A DNA stretch of 64,000 bases from Cetorhinus maximus (taxonomy: Eukaryota): NCBI RefSeq assembly GCF_964194155.1, contig NC_135898.1:21080001-21144000 (forward strand), written 5' to 3'. Made by a program: the position numbers and the translations under genes. Below the pieces are notes generated by a model that did not search any database, had not been told where the DNA came from, and worked only from the letters and a program-made list of their open reading frames with translations. Numbering within the stretch: the stretch's first letter is position 1; each line of letters opens with the position of its first letter. Positions 58,051-64,000 of the stretch are shown piece by piece.

Positions 58051-59389
58051 AATATCACCAGTTGAACTGTTTAGCGCACAGATTGGGTGACATTTTAACC
58101 TTCATTTCCTTCACAGACATGCACCAGTGGCACCAGAATTGTGTGCTGTAACACATCTAACACAAACACAGCTTAGGTTCATGCGCAATCAGCTAAAACC
58201 AGATCTGTGTTAGTTAGAATAAAATGGCTGAATGAAGCATTATACAGGGCATTCACCTCAGTACCCACTTCTCTGGCCCATGTTCAATCAGATGGCTGTC
58301 AGTGTAAATGGAGACTTGTGTCTAACCCTGCCCTTTCACTAACCATTGCCTCTCCACACACTACCCACGTTCTATTCTCATGGCAAATATTATTGGAATG
58401 GACCAGAGTACTTTTCTGGCTGTCACGGTTTTTCTGTTACCATGGGAACCCTAGCGTGGGATGTGGAAGTCACTAACAGCATTCATCCTGACAAGAATAA
58501 ACTGGTTTTTCTGGATTGCTTTCTATCTGAGTATCAGAGAACTGGTCTGGTGACGGAACAAGAACAAGTTGCATTGTTGTGGTGCCTTTTTTAATACAGA
58601 AAATATTCCAATGTTTTTCAGGGGTGGGAGGGGAGGGAGACAAAAGGAATAAAGAGGCGGACAGAACTCATGAGTTAGGGTAGCACGTGAGAGCCTTGTC
58701 AAAAATGTCACATTTTAAAGAAGTGTTTTAAAGAGGGAGAGAGCAGTAGAGAGGCAGAGAGATTTACAGATGGCGACCCATGGAATATGAGCAAGGAAAC
58801 TGAATGTTCTGCCTCCAATGATGGGCTAAAAGAAGGGAGGAAATACCAGAGGCTAGAGTTGGTTAGGGTGGAGGCAGGGAATGTAGGGACGGGGGAGAGA
58901 TAGGATGGGATGAGGCCATGGAGGGAATCCAAGATGAATGCGAGGATTCAATTCAATGCTTTTGTGACACTGGAAGAACATGAATTATGGACAAGCAGGA
59001 CAGGATACAGGCACCTGGTTTTGGAAATAATTGAGGTTTATGGAGGTTGTAAGTTCAGCCAAGAGCAGCTTGGATATATTGAGTTCAGTGGTGACAAAGC
59101 ATGGAGAATGGTTTCAGCAGCTGTGGGGGCTGAAGGACGAATGGGGCCATCGTGAGCTTTGAAGAGCTTTCAAAGTCTGCAGCCTCTATCCAAAGTTGTG
59201 AAATGTAATGAAGTCATAATCACACCAAAGATACTCACGCTCGCAGTCTGTCCAGAGCTCAGGGCATGAAATACTTGAGAGAATGACCATGGAATACGTT
59301 CTCATGTCATTTTTCAGTCAGTCAGTGCCGACTGCACACCACAGTATAAACACTCTACAAACCACTACGGATGGTGTATCATTGAGCAG

Positions 59390-59765
59390 AGAAAGAGAAA
59401 TTTGCACATATATAGCAATATTCACAACCTCAGGGTGACCCAAAGCACTTTACAGCCAATGAAGTATTTCAGAAGTGCAGCCCATGTTCTAATGCAGGGA
59501 ACGCAGCAGTCAGTTTGTGCACAGCAAGATCCCACAAACTGCAACAACTAGATAATCTGTTTCTTCAGGAGTTTGGCAAAGGAAAAATATTGGCCAGGTC
59601 ACTGGTGAGAACTTAACTGTCACTCTTCAAATACTGCTGTGGGATCTTTTACCAAGGGCAGACAAGGCCTCTATTTTACTTCCCAACCTGAAAGACAGCA
59701 CCTCTGACAGTGCAGAGTTCCCTCACTACTGCAATGAAGTATCAGTTAGATTGAATGCCAAAGTC
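59390..59765 (-). mobile_element. Deu-domain SINE fragment
   Basis: ttgcacatatatagc...cacagcaagatcccacaaac...gacagcacctctgacagtgcag, same family as 28065-28485. Confidence 0.7.
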
Positions 59766-60454
59766 TCTGGAGTTTTTGTGCCTTGTAGATGGACAGGCTT
59801 TGGGTAGAGAGGAGTTGAGACACTTGCCATAGAATATCCAGCCTTTGGCTGGCTTTTATTTATATAGGTTGGTCCAATTAAGTTTCTGGTAAATGGTGAT
59901 GGCTTTGGAAATGATAATGGCATTGGATGTCAGTGGAAAGTGGCTAGACTGTTTCTTGTTGGAGATGGTTATTGCCCTGCATTTGTGTGGTGTAAATGTT
60001 ACTTGCCACTGATCAGAGTGCCACTTGAATCAATGACCTTCTGATTCAAAAGCAAGAGTGCTGCTATGTACGTGATGGCCTAATGGTGCATTGAACAGAA
60101 TGAGAGGCTGGCGCTGTGGTGGGTAGCACAACTGACACAAGGGAACCAGTATAAGGCCTTTATACTCCAGTAAGGAGCTTAGCCTGAGTACTGCACAGCA
60201 GAGACCTGTGCAAACACTGCCTGAGTTAAAAGCAAAGCAAAAAGTTACTCTTTTTAAAGATCCTGAGTGACATAGCCTCCAATCTTCTCTGTACAGCTGC
60301 AATGGAACAGCTGACATCTCTCCGATGATCTCTTTCACCGGGGAGACACATGGGGCACCATCTATTGCTGTAAAGATGTTTACAATGACAGAGCAATTGG
60401 AGTTGCATATTAGCCAATCCTGAAAATCAGGAGTCACAAAGTCAAACTGTAACA

Positions 60455-60868
60455 ATGTAGTATATAAGTCGACCTCTGAAGCCTTGAAAAATCCCTTTAA
60501 AACTGGGTCGACTTATATACTGAGTATAAAAGTGAAATGCAGGCATGGGTGGTCGCCATTTTTGTCGTTCACTTCACAGGGTCTGCTCTGTGTGGGCATG
60601 TCTTAAACTACCGCACCTCCTCACAACACAGCCCATATCGCCTGCTCAATCCCTTACACCCAGTTATAAGGCACTGGTAAGTAAAACATCCGTTTGTACT
60701 GTGATAATTTGAGGCTCAATACTAATGTGAGTATAGCATGTCGCGAATGTAAAGGTTGGGTGAGGGGAGGTGGTAGGGTCGAGTGTATGCAAAAATATGA
60801 TTTTTGGGCCTGAAAAAATGGGGTTGTCTTATATACTGGGTCGACTTATACACCACGGTCTATGGTAC
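60455..60868. mobile_element. Tc1/mariner (pogo/Tigger-like) MITE remnant
   Basis: Repeated subterminal motif TATAAGTCGACC / GGTCGACTTATA (~60473, 60506, 60839) and a ...tatggta end. Confidence 0.55.
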
Positions 60869-60899
60869 TCCTCTTCATTCCCAGACTGAGCTTCGAAGT

Positions 60900-61290
60900 C
60901 TGCCAAAGGCTACACCTGCTTTGACAATTCTTGCATGTGTCTTGTCATCAATATATACAGCTCACAGAGTGTCCTCCAGAGATAAGTGAACTTATCTGCT
61001 GCTGACAGGTTCTGGTCAAGGGGTGAGACCTTGGGCTTGAGATAGGGCTTTCCGGGAGCAGGCTTGTGTATTAATTCAGTTTCTTCCTGCTCATGGTGAG
61101 ATTGAAGTCATCGCATGCATTGGAGAACAAGTGAATGTTACATTGCATGTCCAGCTCTGAGCCAGCAGCTAATGCACAGTCATCAGCAAACAGGAAATTG
61201 CAAAGTATGCCCTTGGAGACCTTTGTCTTTGTTTCAGTCATCTGAGATTGAGTAGTTTCCTGTCCATGTGACATATACAGGACTTACCTC
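60900..61290 (-). mobile_element. RTE LINE RT fragment
   Basis: NFLFADDCALAAGSELDMQ...FS.ACDDFNLT.S.KK. Confidence 0.75.
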
Positions 61291-61329
61291 AATGACAAGT
61301 CACCTCTATCCAAGCACAGTGCCTACCAA

Positions 61330-62300
61330 AACATCCGCAGGACGTTCACTGCAGGTTTAGAGAGAAAGCAGTCAAACTCCAGTCATATACAGACCACAAA
61401 GATCTGAAGTATCACCTTCAGAGGGTTTGGGAGCAGGTGCCCAGGGAAGTGAATTCCTGGAGTTGGGACCCGAGAGCCTGGCAACATCGCTACAAGAAAT
61501 TTAATGACCTCACCAGGGTGGTCAAGGTCAGTTAATGCATCTTCATACGACATCACTGCCTGTCACACCACCAAGCTCTCATTCTGTTCAATGCACCATA
61601 CAGCCATCACTTACCCAGTAGCACACTCTGGCACTCAGGATCACGAAGGTATTCCAACTCACCCTTACATACTTACAGATTTTGCCAGCCCCACCAATGT
61701 TGTCAGCTGCACCCCACCTACCCACCACCCCCCTCGACCCCCCACCACCATGATGTGCAAGATGGTGATGGTGTCACCACGGACCTTTTGCTTTCTAGAG
61801 CCCCTGGAGGAGAAGAGAGAGAGCAAGAGCACAACACTGATGAAGAGACCCTGTCACTTGATCTGACAGCTACAGCTACCAGCTCATATACTGGCACTGC
61901 CCTAAAAGGCAAAAGTAGAGTTGGGATCAGCACATGATGAGTCACCAGGCACGAATGCAGCCAGGTCAGGAGTAATGGATGGTTCGTGTACCAACTCACC
62001 GGAGGGCAACAGGTCACAGACTGCTGTAGAGGACTCCGATGAGGACCTTGATGGGCTGGCATCCAATAGAACGTTGATGGGCATGCACACCGAGGTGCTG
62101 GGTACATTGGCTGCCCGGTCAGAAAGCCTTTTGCCACTGTCAAGGATCAAGAAGGACTCCATCTTCCATCTTGGCAGAGGGCATGGCGCAGAGCTTACCA
62201 TTTCTGCGGCCTCTGCTCCATCTCCCTGCAGCCCTACTACCCTACTGCAGCCTTGATGAGGACAGGTCACCCATTCCTCTGCCCAACCCATGAGGATGCA
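61330..62300 (+). mobile_element. PIF/Harbinger-type Myb/SANT-like gene relic
   Basis: About 61443-61527 translates REVNSWSWDPRAWQHRYKKFNDLTRVVK followed by a GTCAGT donor, resembling the trihelix motif EVN..S...R...QC.KK.NDL. Acidic low-complexity exon-like remnants follow. Confidence 0.55.
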
Positions 62301-63884
62301 GCAACGCTCACTGCCAAAACCACAGGAACTTCAAAAACACTTTCAGACACCTCGAATTAGCACTTTTTCAAAGTAGCCTTCCCGGCAAGATGGGTGCCTA
62401 CCCCTTTAAATAATGCCAGCACTGGTCCCCTTTTACAGCCGAACACTTGATCTTTGGTGATGTGAATCTCTCTAGTGGTACAAACTTGGAAAATGGGCAT
62501 CTCATGAACCAATTGGGCTGTGCGACATTGTGACTTGTCCTGTTGTTTGCGACGCTCTCATGGGATGCCTGTGTGAGCATCCTTTTCAAGATAATTTTAA
62601 GGGCAAGGATAGGAGTATTTCTCCAGGATACTCTGGACAAGACCAGTTGTGTTTCAAGGACTGCCGAGTACCTGCAGCTCTTTATCTAATGAAGTGCAGT
62701 AATTTAACAAAAGAGTTCAGTGTGAGCTAACCTGTGAGGGTGTTGTTGCATAATTTAGTATTATGAGTCAGCATTAAGAACATTACTTACTCAGTCAGGT
62801 GACACCCCCAACAATTTGAACTATTAATCCGTCCATGAACAAATCTCAGAATCTGCAAAAACATTAAGCGGTCAAAAAAAAAACCCTTCTTATTTCGTGC
62901 TCGCAACAGTCTTTCATGTCTCTTCTGGGAGAGTAAAGTATTGCTTTAACTGCATACTGAACTATCAATAGAAGAAGATTGATCACAATTTGATTGTTCA
63001 GACCTGAAATTTGGCTCCCCATAATTTTGGCACTATGGGAGCCATTTAGCGTTCAAATAGTATCTGTGCCCCGTGTGTGCGCTTCTAGAATGGTCCGTGC
63101 CGGATGCCAGTATAGGTAAGATCAGTCATGCCAGGGCTGGGAAGGATGCAGAGTAGGCAGGTCAGCATGGTCAGTCAGCGTGTACTGCTGTTTTGATTCT
63201 AGCGTGGCCATGTTCAACCTCGATGCTCCAGCTAACGTTCTATCTTAACCTTGCACAGCTGAACATGTGTCAGCAGCAGGAAAGTCCCCTCCACACCAGT
63301 GCCTTTTAATAGGATCATCAATTACTCTCAGGCAATGTCTCCTGTAAAATTGAATCGCTGTGCACAGCCAACATTTAAAACAATATAATATACTTATTGA
63401 ATCCAGGAAAAGGCATGTGCAGTACCACCCAGGTTACTGCATGGCTGCACACACTCACAACTTGGCGAGAACAGACTCTCATTAGTTGTTGACTGATTCC
63501 TGATGGTATTTACTGAGTTAGCGGAACTGTCATTCATAGTTGGTGAAATGTACAGGGAGTGGTGTGGCCCATAGTGAAAGCCTTGGTTCTGACTTCAAGA
63601 TTACTGGCTCCTACGCTTATGGCTGCTGCAGTTACCACTCAGCCCCCACCCTCCTCACACCCCCACATCGTGCTTAATCAACAGTGTAGGGTTTAACCTT
63701 TGTAGAAAGTGACTTGGCTGAAACATTATCACTATGTCATGCACGGACTGTGTGAATTGACATTGTGTGGGCCAGTGATAGTGTGATTGATGTGCCCTTT
63801 CCTTAATGATAATACTGTTATGGCAGCACACACACTGCTCGCATCAATGGAAGTTCTCAATGAAACATTTCTGAGGGTGAATGT

Positions 63885-64000
63885 AAAAGACTTACATTTA
63901 TATAATGCCTTTCAAGGCCTCAGGATGTTCCAAAGCGCTTGACAGCCAATGAAGTGTTTTTTGAAGTGTAGTCACTGTTGCAAGCGTGGCAGCCAATTTG
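63885..64000 (-). mobile_element. Deu-domain SINE 3' end (runs off the window)
   Basis: aagacttacatttatataatgcctttc...ccaaagcgctt...gaagtgtagtcactgttg. Confidence 0.75.

Noticed and set aside
60270-60365. Minus-strand peptide SPVKEIIGEMSAVPLQLYRED faintly resembling the PHYHIPL N-terminus
   Set aside because: Short match, no splice donor after it, wrong strand for the expected neighbour, and no further PHYHIP exons toward POLR3D; probably chance.

Overview
Vertebrate genomic DNA, most likely from a cartilaginous fish (shark), judged from its repeat content (Deu-domain SINEs, CR1 LINEs, Penelope-like palindromic inserts). Three protein-coding genes can be reconstructed from the sequence. (1) WBP1, + strand, 4 coding exons, 906-10496, 328 aa, under a CpG-rich multi-CCAAT promoter. 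(2) An intronless profilin-3-like gene, + strand, 24095-24517, 140 aa. (3) POLR3D (RNA Pol III subunit RPC4), - strand, 8 coding exons, 40198-27843, 399 aa, with a non-coding first exon and promoter near 45.6-45.8 kb. Between WBP1 and the profilin lies a decayed full-length Gmr1-like Gypsy LTR retrotransposon (13981-22866). Its integrase precedes RT, its gag is SCAN-like, and a CR1 LINE interrupts its 3' LTR. POLR3D intron 1 holds a highly homogeneous G-rich 26-bp minisatellite of about 50 copies. A GC-rich region at about 56-56.8 kb probably holds 5' exons of the next + strand gene (PHYHIP expected by synteny, unproven). The most interesting items are the foldback Penelope-like inserts with minimal hammerhead-ribozyme-like motifs, the profilin paralog at an unexpected locus, the Gmr1-type element, and a twice-repeated fixed-spacing TGATTGAC/CCAAT promoter module. 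No database searches were possible. Family assignments rest on recalled sequence motifs.
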